From Chiloscyllium plagiosum (lineage: Eukaryota): a stretch of DNA of 64,000 nt. Location: NCBI RefSeq assembly GCF_004010195.1, contig NC_057718.1, positions 94,965,994 through 95,029,993 on the forward strand, in the 5' to 3' direction. The notes under the pieces are model-generated. The model did not search any database and was not told the DNA's origin. It saw nothing but the letters and a program-made list of their open reading frames with translations. The position numbers and the translations under genes are program-made. Every line of letters starts with the position of its first letter. Position 1 is the first letter of the stretch. Of this stretch, positions 13,121-25,262 are shown piece after piece.

Positions 13121-15018
13121 TGAAGCAGTTCAGTTTGTACAGCCTGAAACAAGGTGTAAAATACAATCAAAAGTTGTGATTCAGCTACATCTCCTAGCTT
13201 ATTAACAAGTATCTGGAATTGGCAGCGCTGCTTGAAATAGCTGATAACCTTGGAGCTGTGCCATAGCAAATGGCATATATATGAAAGAAAGTGAAAATAA
13301 AAGCAAAATAAATTGGTCGTAATAAAGAATAAACGAATGTTAAACATGATATGCCTGTGCAAGTAAAAAGTGGCTCGGCTGATCTGTCTCTGGAAGTACC
13401 TCAACCCAATTATTATGGTCCACAATCTGTTAAATTATCACCGCTATCTATTGAACAGTTTGACCTCTGGAAGGTAAGTACCTAGACACTAGAGGAAAAA
13501 AGTTTCTGAATGAAGAGTATGGTAATGGAGGAAATAAAATGGAAGTATCACCTTGCAAAGAACTGTCTCGCATCTCTGTTGCAATTTGTAATATTAAATC
13601 AAGCTGTGAAGAAGTCAGTTTGGTTGCTTTGACAATCATGTACAGGTGAAGAAAAACTTTTTTGCTATGACATAAAACTAAATGTAACAAGGCAAAAACT
13701 TTAATTTTTCAAAAAGCCTTTTTAAAAGTTATATTTGTGCAGATTTGACCATTTATTTTTACATTAATTTTCTTCCCAGCTTTTCTTTAAGTGTTAAACA
13801 GGCCTTTATTGTTTTCATTGGACTGCTGTGCTTACAACAATCACTCTTAGTGAGGGTGTGTCATTTGGATGTCTACAAGCTATTTACCTCATGTGAACTG
13901 CAGCTGAGCCTAACCTTGGCTAATCTGCACTCATTCAGTTTAAGTAAAGGTCACTGGATATTGGTCAGGAGCAAAACCTTGGCCAGTTCTCCTCCCCTTA
14001 TCTTGTTCTACTGCAGTGTTAACAGATCAAATAAGCCTTCACAGATTGGAGATTGAACTGCTTTGTGCAGCTTACTGTGATAAACTGTTAAGGCCCGGGG
14101 CATCCTTGAAGAAACCTCCTTAATGTTTTGCAGAACTCCAAAAAAGAACATATGTGTTTTTGTATAAGTAATAAGTATTAGAAATAATTGTTACTGGTGT
14201 TTTTCTGGATATTTCAGATGTGTGAAGAAATTTAGGAGCTGCTGGTACTCTAAAGTTTGAGTGTTTGTCCAAGTTTAAATGTTTGGTCAAGCTCTGCAGA
14301 ACCAGGATCTTGAGAGGAGTCAGGAATTTATTAAGTTTGTTGTGCTTTGACATATTCCCAAGAGATATAATATGGTACTTTATGAAGGCAAGTTTGATAA
14401 AATGAATTTAGGAGAACAAACTCATAAGTTTCAGCCAACCGTGTTGCAGAAGAAATATTGATGTATGTAGCCACTACATATCCAAAAAGAAATTATATGT
14501 AAAAATAAATGGTCATTGAATCTAAATACGTGGTAACAGAAAATGATGGAACAGCACAGTTGGACTCCAAAGCAAAGGCTACGTTAGCATTTTGGATACA
14601 CCTTCTTGTGTCTAAAATATTAGCATATTCTTCAAGAAACTGATCAATCTGCTGTATGTTTCTAAAGTTTTCTAGTTTTTATTTTGACTTTGACTCATTT
14701 TCTTTTTACTCCCTTTTACACGTATATAATATCTGAAAAGGACTGCAAACTGATCGAATGACCATAGGACACAGGAGCAGAAATAACCATTTTGGTACAT
14801 CCAGTCTTCTGTGCCATTCACTGAGTCCATGGTTGATCTGATCCTTAATATCACTGTCTTGCATTTTCCCCATAACTCTTGATTTCCTAACTGAAACTAT
14901 GCTTTTCAGCCTTGAATATAATTAACGTTGCAGCCTCAACAGTCCTTTATGGTTAAAAAAAATTCCACAGATTCAACACCATTTGAGAGAAGAAATTTGT
15001 CCTCATCTCTCATAAATG

Positions 15019-15312
15019 ATTTGATTAGATTACTTACAGTGTGGAAACAAGCCCTTCAGCCCAACAAGTCCACACCGACCCGCCGAAGCGCAACCCATTC
15101 CCTTACAATTACCCCTACACCTAACACTATGGGCAATTTTTTTTTTAGCATGGCCAATTCACCTAACCTGCACATTTTTGGACCATGGGAGGAAACCCAC
15201 GCAGACATGAGAATGTGCAAACTCCACACAGTCAGTTGCCTGAGGCAGGAATTGAACCTGGGTCTCTGGCGCTGTGAGGCAGCAGTGCTAACCACTGTGC
15301 CACCATGCCGCC
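15019..15312 (-). mobile_element. HE1-type SINE with 8-bp TSD, nested in an older LINE 3' fragment (~14755-15360)
   Basis: tRNA-like head, (taatc)n tail, cataaatg at 15011-15018 and 15313-15320. Confidence 0.9.
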
Positions 15313-18049
15313 CATAAATGTGTGACCTCTTATTCTGAAATTATGCCCTCTGATCCTAGTCCGTCAGGCCTCCGTGCAATGTTAATATATCCAAGCTCAA
15401 TAGATAATAGGGAAAACAAAAAGAGAATGGAGTATGCAAATAGGAAGTCTTGCTAAAACTGTATTGGCACAATTTCAACCATGTCTAGAATATTGTGAAG
15501 TTTTGGTCCCCTCGTAAGTTCCTTGAATATTGTGAAGTTTTGGTAACTTATTTAAGATGTCTAAATTGTGCCTTGTACAGTATTAGCAAGCCTGCCTATT
15601 TTTATATGCCATTCCTTTTGAAATAAAGGCTACTTTTCCATTTGCATTCCCTGTGCCTGCTGATCTTGGATGCCACCTTTTTGTGATTTATGTAAGGGTA
15701 CCTCCAAAACTCCCTCTGTTGCAACTTTCTGCAGTCTGTCTGTGCTTAAATAATATTTGACTTCTATTTTTCCTGCCAAAGTTCATAACCTCACATTTTC
15801 CTACATTATATTCCATTTACCATACTTTTTCCCACTCACTTAATCTGTCTATAATCCCTCTGCACCTTTTTGTCAGTTTCACCTCCTGCCTTCCCACCTA
15901 TTTTTGTGCCATGTACAGACTTGTTGATAGTACATTCACTTCCCTTATCGAAGTCATTAATATGTAATATACATATAAATTCCTGATTCTATCATTATTT
16001 TCATGTTATTCAAATAATCACAACAGTCACTTTTTAACAACCCTACTATTAACTTCTGAGAAACAAGAAATGGGGTGTGAATAAAACTGAGCTGAAATGA
16101 TGCTTACATTTTATTAATAGACTTAAATTAACATTCTGATCATTTGTTTTTCAACCATTACTGTTTTCAGTGTATATGAATTTTACATTTTGTACTTTCC
16201 ACTTACTTCTACTTACTATACTGAACATTGGGACTATTTAATCAGCATTTTTTAAAGAAAGTCAATGCGTTCCTGGCCTTTGTTTTTAACTGGAACATTC
16301 ATGCCTGTAATTCGCAAGGAAGAACGTCTTGCTTGGATTTGTCCTACAATGAAGACTTGTTTACCAGAAGAGGAATGCTACTGTGGCCTGTGTTAGTGCT
16401 TTCTGGTTGGTCAAAAATGAATCTATTTGAATCTGTGAGCATGAGTTAAAAAAAATTGAGTGTCTTATATGGAAATTGAAATTAGAAATATTGTAGAATT
16501 TTGAGAAAATGCTTTTCTTTGAAGTAAAATCGGATATTATAATTCTGATGAAAATGCACAAGATAAATCTCAAATTGCAACCATGACTAGGAAATCCTTG
16601 TTAGATTTCATTACTCACCTAAAAGCTTCCTGAAACCATCATTAAAGTGTGTAATTAAACAATGCATTCACTTGATTGACTTGTAGCTTGATATTTTTAG
16701 TTCTGGAATTTGAGACTCTTGTGGCATAGCGGTAGTGTCCCTACCTCTGGACCTAGAGACCTGGGTGTATGATAACATCCCAGAGCAGGTTGTTCAGGAA
16801 ATATCTCAATTCTAGAATATCACCATTTCTTTAGCATTTGATCTACTTTAATGACAACAATATTACTGACAGTGCAGCTGATTTCTCAGAATGGATTGCA
16901 GTTAGTACACTGTTTGGAAAAGGAATGCTTCAGCCAAATAACTATTCTTTCTGCTCTCCATGAAATTCTTGATAATTACCTTCTAATTTGTTTACATACC
17001 TCAAAGGCAACGTCGGTTGTCATTTTCATCAATTCTGATAGCTTTGGAAAATCTGAACTACTACTTTCACCTGGCCAATGGAAAGAGAAAATGCAGGTTT
17101 TTATGTAAAATGTTGAGAAATACAGTTGGAGCATAATGGAAGCAAAGTCTTGAGTTATCTTAATTTCCCTTCTCTCCTGCTTTCACTATTTGGTCACAGG
17201 TTTGTAGTTTAGTTTTAATTTGTTTCAACAAAGTGGTGATAATCTCTGCTTTTAAAATAAAATCTAAATCATAACTTCAACTGAATTGCAGCAGAAGTTT
17301 GAATTTTTTTAGCCAAGGTTGAAAAGTTATAATCCATTATGTTGAAAAGATGAGATGAAAAGCAAAGCAAGCTTTAATGTTAAAAGCTTGAAAGATTGCA
17401 GCAAGAAGATGATTGTGGGTACATTCATAGCTTTGAGATCTTGTGAATAAACTCTTCATTTTCTTCGTAGGAAGAAAATGAGAAGGTAAAACAGCAAATT
17501 TGCAGCTTGGAGAAATTTTGAGAAGATTCATCAAACATCTTTGATAAAACAGAAAGACATGACAGTTTGCAGTCTAGTGAAAGGGGGAAACGCCTATCCG
17601 ATACTTTTTCTGAACTGAGAAAAAGAAGAGTTTCCTTAGGTTAAGACGTTTAAATGAAAATTAAATATATGCTTGAATAAGAAACTGAATTTCTTGAAGG
17701 CATCTTTAATATGGAAGAATTTTGGATACTCTATTTGAACTGAGAAGAGATAATGCAGCCTGTATATTAATTGACTCTAGGCCATTTTTAGTATCTATTG
17801 ATTGGATTTTCAAGACACATGAAAAAAATCAGGGTTTTGATGCTGAACTTTAGCTAACAAGAAGTGTTGTTTTCTTTCTAGTTAAAGACATTAACAAAAT
17901 TACACAGGAAGAAAAAGAATTTAATATTTTGTAAAGCTGTTTAGAGTCCAAATGTGGCAAAACCCATCACAAATAATTTTGATGCAAGATCACTCTTGTG
18001 ATGAAGGCCCATACAACTGGAATTTGTACATACCTAGGTTCAATACAGT

Positions 18050-18200
18050 GCAGTGCAATTCAGCTAATCAGTATTTGTATAGTTGGTTGTGGGATAACTA
18101 TTAGCGAAGACTACTGGAAAACTTCCTTATTCTTCCATGTGTTGGGACCTTTTGCAATCACTTGAACAGATAAACGTGGTTTTGTTATTTTGCTCAAGAA
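18050..18200. mobile_element. Degenerate Deu-domain SINE (SacSINE1/AmnSINE-like) fragment
   Basis: gggataactattagcgaagactactggaaaacttcc...gggaccttttgcaatcacttga resembles the Deu core as recalled. Confidence 0.45.
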
Positions 18201-18300
18201 CTATTATTTATGCACTCAGAGACACATTCTTCCATTTATGAAAAACAAAGCACTCTACAGAAGCATCAAATAAATAAGATTTCTAGTTCCTCATCAAAAT

Positions 18301-18818
18301 GTTTTGAGATGGTTTGTAGCTCAGGTTGAGGTTCTGGTTATAGGTTTGTTCACTGAGCTAGAAGGTTCGTTTTCAGACGTTTCGTCACCATAACCAGGTA
18401 ACATCATCAGTGAGCCTCTGGATGAAGCACTAGTGGCATGACCTGATTTTTATTTGTGTTCCTTGGGTTGGTGGTATCATTTCCTGTGATGTCATTCCCT
18501 TTTTATTCTTGGGCTGGTAAATGCGATCTAAGTCAATGTGTTTGTTGATATGTTAATTCAACAAACACATTGACGTGGGTCCCATTTACCACCCACTGAG
18601 GAAAAAAAGGGAATGACATCACAACAGGAAATGACACCACCAACCCAAGGAAGTCTAAACACACAAATAAAAAACAGACCATGCCACCAGTGCTTCATCC
18701 GGAGATTCACTGATGAATTTACCTAGCATGGTGACGAAACATCTGAAAACGAACCTTTGAGCTCAGCGAATAAACCTACATGCAGAACCTCAACCTGAGC
18801 TATAGGCTGTCTCAAAAC
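18301..18818. mobile_element. Penelope-like element inverted pseudo-LTR pair (palindrome, ~250-bp arms)
   Basis: Arms are reverse complements around ~18553. The right arm encodes NKHIDVGPIYHPL (PLE-like ORF end), and both arms carry hammerhead motifs. Confidence 0.8.
18373..18413 (-). ncRNA. Minimal type I hammerhead ribozyme motif (PLE type)
   Basis: UCA-CUGAUGA-U-GUUACC-UGGUUAU-GGUGAC-GAAAC-GUC^-UGA: intact core, 6-bp stem II, palindromic ACGU stem III, 3-bp stem I. Confidence 0.7.
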
Positions 18819-19717
18819 TCACTAACATCCTATCAACTGTCTTCTAAGAGGGAGTGGTAAAATGGGTTAAATGCAGTAATGATTAATTAGGTTGATTGTG
18901 ATTAGTCAGCATATTGTATACAATGTTACCGTTACAATCTGATTTCATATTGTCTGATTTGGGGGACCTCTTTCATGAAGTGGTTGAATTCAGGCTTTAC
19001 AAGTTTTCTTATAAAGCATAAGTTTCTAAACTGCAGCGCATGCATATGATCTATACCACTAGAGCATTGGCTATTTGAAACAATGAGCAAGGTTATAGTC
19101 TCAAGTTGACTTTAATGAATCCACAATCTTAACTTTAGAAATGTTCAAACAAATGGCATGAACCATGTCTAGTATGTTCCAGAAATTCATTTTGATTCTA
19201 CTTTATTTGAAGTGTCTCAGTACTTATGTTTTGTATTGTCTGGACATTGGGAACACAATAGAATGAAAAGTTTCTGCAAACTTGTGGCATGTAAGTGATA
19301 TTTGCATACTACAGTTTAAAAGCAGCTTTGATAGAACACAAATATAGAACACCTTCTCCACAATGGCTAAAATTGAAAATGCAGCATCCATGTAGACATA
19401 TGCCTTGTATAATTGTTAATTTATGAAACTGGTCATTGTACTGAAACCCATTATCATGCTTTGTTTTCCCATTCTCAGCTTCATTGATCCACATTTGTAG
19501 AGCGGTTACATCAGTTTGTCATGACTGATTGAGTTGATCTGATCATTTCCTTTCAGACATTTATCTGTGTATAATTCAGCATTTTCTGTTTCTGTTTTGG
19601 AATTCTAGCAATTACAATTTATCTTTTTATCTCAATTAAGGAATTGTCACTGCAATTATACAAAACTCGGGTCTAGACTATGTATGGAAAACTGTGTACA
19701 CTTCCACAGTACACGTT

Positions 19718-20390
19718 TTTTGTTTATTCACTCATGGGACATGGGTGTCAATGACTAACCAGCATTTATTACCCGTCCCTCATTGCCTTTGAGAACGTGG
19801 TGGTGAACTGCTTTCTTGAGCTGCTGTAGGTTGATCCACAATGTCATTAGGGAGGGAATTCCCGCATTTTGACCCAGCAACAGTGAAGGAACAGTGATAT
19901 ATTTCCAAGTTAGGGTGGTGAGTGGCTTGGAGGAGAGCCTGCATGTGGTGGTGTTCCCATGTATCTGCTGCTGTTGCCCTTCTAGTTGGAAGTGGTTGTG
20001 GGTTTGGAAGGTTCTATCTCAGGATCTGTCACGAATTTCTGCAGTGCATCTTGTAGATAATACACACTGCTGCTGAGTGTTGGTGGAGGGAGTAGATGTA
20101 TGTGGATATTAAAGTAGGCTGCTTTGTCCAGGATAGTGTCAAGCTTTTTGAATGTTGTTGGAGCTGCATCCAGCCACTCGAGTAGGGAATATTCCATCAC
20201 ACTCCTGACTTGTGCCTTGTAAATAGTGGACAGGCTTTGAAAAATAAGGAAGTGAGTTACTCGCCACAGTATTTCTGACCTACTGTTGTGCCAATGTGTG
20301 GTGAGTCCAGTTGACTTTCTGGTCAATGGTAACCCCAAGGATAGTGGAAGATTTAGTAATGGTAACACCATTGAATGTCAAGGGAAGGTG
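19718..20390 (-). mobile_element. L2/Crack-like LINE 3' fragment
   Basis: LSTIYKAQVRSVMEYS motif; tail ...catgagtgaataaacaaaaa. Related pieces at ~27590-27880 and ~40620-41280. Confidence 0.7.
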
Positions 20391-20889
20391 CTTTAAAATG
20401 GTTTAAAATATGTTGGCCTTAAGAGTCAAAAATAGGTTTAAAAAATGTTATAAATGCTCCAAACATTCTGATTGACGGTTACATAAATGTAGGATATATA
20501 TATTCCATTTAAGAGAGTGAGATTAGAGCCAGACTATTCAGGAGAGAAATTGGGAAAAACCTCATGTAAAGAATGGTAAAAATGTGGACCCCTCCCTCTC
20601 GCTTTTCTTCTCAATGTCCCTCTCTCTGAGTAGTAGATGCTAGTTCAGTTAGTAATTTTGTTTGAGATCAATACATTTTTGCTTGCCAAAAGTGTTAAGG
20701 GATTATGAAGCTAAGGCAGGAGAATGGAGTTAGGATACAGATCAACCATGTTGATTGGTGGAACATGCTTCAGAGGTTGAATGGACCTCATCTGTTGTCA
20801 TGTCATCTGGTTACCAGTGTTCATTGCTAAAACATAATTTCTCAAGCAAGCTTATGTAGTTGTATTAATTTCACTGTTTTGTCTTACAG

Positions 20890-21057
20890 GTGAAAGACCA
20901 TTTATGTGTGAAACATGTGGCAAGAGTTTTGCTTCTAAGGAGTATCTGAAACATCACAACAGAATCCATACTGGATCAAAACCATTTGTTTGTGAGATCT
21001 GCTACCGTGCTTTTGCACAGAGAAATTCTCTTCATCAACATCTTAGAGTTCATACAG
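20890..21057 (+). CDS. GZF1: GZF1 coding exon 3 (ZF7-8)
   Basis: ttacag| acceptor, [55 protein letters not shown], donor gtatca, 168 nt. Confidence 0.95.
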
Positions 21058-21554
21058 GTATCATTTGATTTGTTCTGACTTCGCTTTTTATATAAGCAGT
21101 GTGAACCAAATAAAGACCTGCTTCATTTCATTCTTTCTTGAAATCTAAATACTAAACCTGACCTTGTTTTAAATGAGGTTTACTAATTTAGCAGTCACCT
21201 GAGCACCTGTATTGAAGGAATGGCATTGCAGGTCAGAGACTCTAGTTACTGGGGGAAGCAACTGCTTAACTTTGATACGGAGATGTTATAGCTGATGAAT
21301 GGTCTTTGGTCTTCAAACCTGATTCTTTTGGGTGTTATAAATAATTTACTAAACTAAATTTGACAATTTTCTGGACTGCAAATATATATCAAGATCCCTT
21401 TTGCTTTTACAATTTCTACCAGAAAACATGAATATCAGCTTACAACAAATCTATTTTGTATATTGTAATCTGCTGACATATTGCCAAATGTTAACGATTC
21501 AAATGTTTGAAGCTTTGAAAAGCGGAGACAAGCCTCTAATAATGTCTTTTTCAG

Positions 21555-21712
21555 GTGAGAGGCCTTACTGTTGTGATCAGTGTGGAAAGCAGTTTACACA
21601 GCTGAATGCCCTACAACGTCACTATCGCATACATTCAGGAGAGAAACCTTTTATGTGCAGTGCATGTGGGAGGACCTTTACTGATAAATCTACGCTCAGA
21701 AGACATGCTTCG
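21555..21712 (+). CDS. GZF1: GZF1 coding exon 4 (ZF9-10)
   Basis: ttttcag| acceptor, ERPYCCDQCGKQF...RRHAS, donor gtgagt, 158 nt. Confidence 0.95.
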
Positions 21713-22173
21713 GTGAGTATCTAACGGATGCCATGCAGATTTCTCTATAAGACTGCTTAAACTATAATTTCCTTCACCAGAATATTTTTATTGAAAGTGA
21801 CATTAAGGAATTGTGAATGAATGTGGATTATGGTATGGCTATAGTTGGGTGTTCCTGTTTCCTAACAAAATTGCAATCTTATGTCATCTACTTTCGCCCA
21901 AAATGAAGAGTCTTCCATAAGTAGATTGCAAACACCAACAAATATTATAACCATACAGATTGAGACTTTATCACAAAAAAGCCAGTGTGCATATATATTA
22001 TTTTAAAAATTCTTGTTTTGTCCCTTTTCATTTAATGTTTAACATTTTGCTTGTATGTGAATTTCCTGTGAATTTTTCTACTCTGAATTTATCAACATTT
22101 TATATTGGAAATTGCCCATGTGGATTTGTCTACTGTTCCTTCCCTAAGATACTGTCTTTCTCTTCAGCTTTTA

Positions 22174-22239
22174 CAGCAGCATGTATTTGTGCCCTTCATT
22201 ACTGCCCAGCAGCATGTATTTGTGCCCTTCATTGCTGCC
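22174..22239. repeat. 33-bp tandem duplication (1 mismatch)
   Basis: cagcagcatgtatttgtgcccttcatt(a/g)ctgcc x2. Confidence 0.9.
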
Positions 22240-22449
22240 CATCATTTTGATATCATGTGCGCACATTTTTTGCATTCCCACATTTTTTTCCACTATCGAA
22301 CTCTTCAACTATATACTCGTTTTTGTTATTAGACAGATCCTATTGTGATTGCCTTCTTCTCACCCACACTCCTAACAGATGTAATGATACTGGAAATCCG
22401 CTAGCATAAATTACTTGCGTTCTAGGAATGGTTGTTAATGGATGCCATA

Positions 22450-23098
22450 TTGAGAACATTATCATGTATATGTTGAGTTTTGAAGATCTTTTTAAGCTGA
22501 AATTAGAGGGTTGACTTACACATGAGTTATTGTTTTCACGGGGATGAAATTCGTGCTTGGCATGGACAAACGAGCCAGATCTCTCTGTAAAATAGTAAAC
22601 AACAAAAGGAAAAGGAATTATGGCCACTATTGAATATTTATCTACAAAATAACTGTCTCCATTCTGCCTGCTACCATTGAACAGTACGGTCATACTGATT
22701 TCCACTTAAAACTATCGTAAAGTGCATAGGTGTACACATATGTACAAAAGTTAATAGGCATGCCAGCAGGCGGTCAGGCCATCTACCAGGGGAAATTTGT
22801 ACAACACAATTCATGAAATAAAAACAGAGGAGCAGTAAAAGCAAAAAAAACTGGTAGTATTTTATAAAAAGACTGCATAAAACTGTTAATATACAATAAA
22901 CACTTTACATCAAAAACTGATATTCTCAGCAAAATACTCTTCTCACCACATATCACAAATATTATGGGATAGTCAGGAAGAGACCCCTGAAAACTAGGGT
23001 TGACTTATACACAAGCTAATTGAAAAATACCAGATTTTTCAGTCAAAATAAGGGGTCTACTTATACAAGAGATTGACCTATAAATGAGTATTTACGAT
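22450..23098. mobile_element. Second copy of the Tc2/pogo-like element
   Basis: Shares tattgaatattt.tctacaaaataactgt.tccattctgcct and the terminal block with 7725-9612. Confidence 0.6.
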
Positions 23099-24599
23099 AA
23101 GCAGAAAGAAAAGAGATTCATTAAGGCCTAGTAAGAGGCAAGAATTGTTGATTTTTGACTTAGCTGACATAAAAGCATTTGTCCTTATGCTTTAAATATT
23201 ATTTTAAAACTTCTTTAATAGCTTTTATTGTTTGCTATGGCAATCTTTCCTAGCAGTGGAATGGATCTAGAATTTCTGTTTAATTGGCAATTTCATTTCA
23301 CAAATTATTTTCTCAATGTTCAGCCAATGGTTTTTGAATTGTGAAGTTTTCTGCCTAAATTGGGGCAAGTGTCTCAAACTGAATTCTGTATTTTGCTTCT
23401 GATTTTGTTATTCATTCCTCGCCAGCATTTTAGTTTAATTGGATTTTTTCTTAATTTGTGATATTTAATCTCTATCTAATTAACATGGACAGAAAATTCA
23501 AAAGTTTAATGTAACAAGTAGCATTTTAATTGACAAGAACGTGTTTACTTTAGTACATTTGAAGTGCAAAATTAAAGAGTACCACCAATAAGACTACCTA
23601 GTTACTATAATTCCTGGATGGTCTTAATGACTAAATGCAATTTAGCTCCATATTGATACTAATGAATAACTGGAGCACCTACCCTTGTAATGCCAAATTT
23701 CCTCTGTAACAACTTAGAATTTTAGCTAATTTTGTTGCATTAAGTCATTAACATGGTAAAGATTCTTGTAGTTTTGTAAAGTGCCTATGGGATTCCTGAG
23801 AATTTCTAAAATGCCAAAGTTGCAAATTACCTGCTCTGAGGTGTACCAACCAAGATTTGAAATAATGTCAGAATTACTTAGTGATCTCTCAGACAGTGAT
23901 AGGCACCAGACAAGTGACATCTTTCATAGAATGTATAATTCTCATTAGCACTATCAAGTTGCTTTTTGTATTCCAGCGTCCAGCAGCTAAATGTATTGTG
24001 CAGATTTTTGTGGCAGAGAAGCAGGCTATTAGGCCCAACTAATCTATGCTAGCATTGAAACATTGCATGTCCTAATCTTCTTTATCTAATGATAACAATG
24101 TATCCTTCTATTCTTTCTCTCTGATTCATTCCCCTGTGCTAATTGCTTCTTATGTTGCAAATGTGAATCAAATTTTGATCAAGTTCTTCTGAATTCCTTA
24201 TCAGTGACTATTTTTGGAGAAACAAATTTTTGATGTTAAACCTACTTAATCTCTCTCTAGTTTTAAAATTTCTATTAAGGCAGCCGTTTCTTAAGACATG
24301 TATCCCAATTTGTTCATCGCTCCTAATAGTTATAGACTTTCAGTGCTGGTATCACTTGCACTTGTGGGAACTTTTAAACCTCTGAAGTTATTCCTGGTCC
24401 ATTTTCTGTTGCAATGTATAATAGTCATGAAAATGGTGAATAGTACAGCAGAATGAACATGTTTATCAAGAGTTAAACACAAATATATTGTGTTTATATA
24501 TGCTTCATGTGATATTTTAAACCCATCTGTATTTGAACTGTACGATTCTAAACTAGTTAAATGATCTTTTAACAATTGTCTCAATGTTTTAATTAACAG

Positions 24600-25262
24600 G
24601 TTCATAACAAGAATGCACCATGGCAATCCTTCCTTGTCATCTTGGATGAGGGCTCTAAAAAGAGCCATATTCAAAGAACAGATCTCCATCCATTTGTGGA
24701 TTGTGAGCAAGTTGCCCCCTCAGAAGCACAAGAATCAGTGACTTGTACAGAAATACTCAATGACCAAAATACAGTCACGCTCCATGGAAACATCTCTTCA
24801 CATGAACAAAACACATCTGGTACTTCAGATTGGAGGTCAGCTGGTTTGCCTTCCATCACTATGGTAACTCAAGCAGCCTCCATGGCAGCAACTTTTAATG
24901 AGCTTGCAGTACTCCATGCACCAACCGATTCAGTGCAGCCTCACTTGCATATCTTGGCAAATGTTGAACAGTTAGGTGCTGGAAGTACACAAGCTGTAGT
25001 GCTTGACAATAACACATTGGAAAAAAATGGGACCCCTACCACAAGCATTGTGACTACAATTTCTGTGCCTGCATGTCTAGCCATGACGAGTCACATCAGT
25101 AATATATTAACACATGGAGCTGGGGTTGGGCAAATGCAGAGTGGAACACCTGTCACCATATCAACAGGTTCTTCACAGCTAACTGTTATGCAGACTGATA
25201 ATCTATCAACATTGCAGAGTACTGTAAATGGAGTGACCAGTATACAGAATATTCACATCTAA
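24600..25262 (+). CDS. GZF1: GZF1 last coding exon (end of ZF10 and S/T-rich tail)
   Basis: aacag| acceptor, VHNKNAPWQSFLVILDEGSKK..., open to TAA at 25260-25262. Confidence 0.92.
   Translation, partial: VHNKNAPWQSFLVILDEGSKKSHIQRTDLHPFVDCEQVAPSEAQESVTCTEILNDQNTVTLHGNISSHEQNTSGTSDWRSAGLPSITMVTQAASMAATFNELAVLHAPTDSVQPHLHILANVEQLGAGSTQAVVLDNNTLEKNGTPTTSIVTTISVPACLAMTSHISNILTHGAGVGQMQSGTPVTISTGSSQLTVMQTDNLSTLQSTVNGVTSIQNIHI

Noticed and set aside
15488..15545. 20-bp direct repeat with spacer (CRISPR-like)
   Set aside because: Only two units, within a degraded LINE in a vertebrate genome.
21058..21554. GZF1 intron donor GTATCATTT resembles the U12 consensus GTATCCTT
   Set aside because: Mismatch at +6, no TTCCTTAAC branch site, and a normal pyrimidine tract; a U2 intron is more likely.
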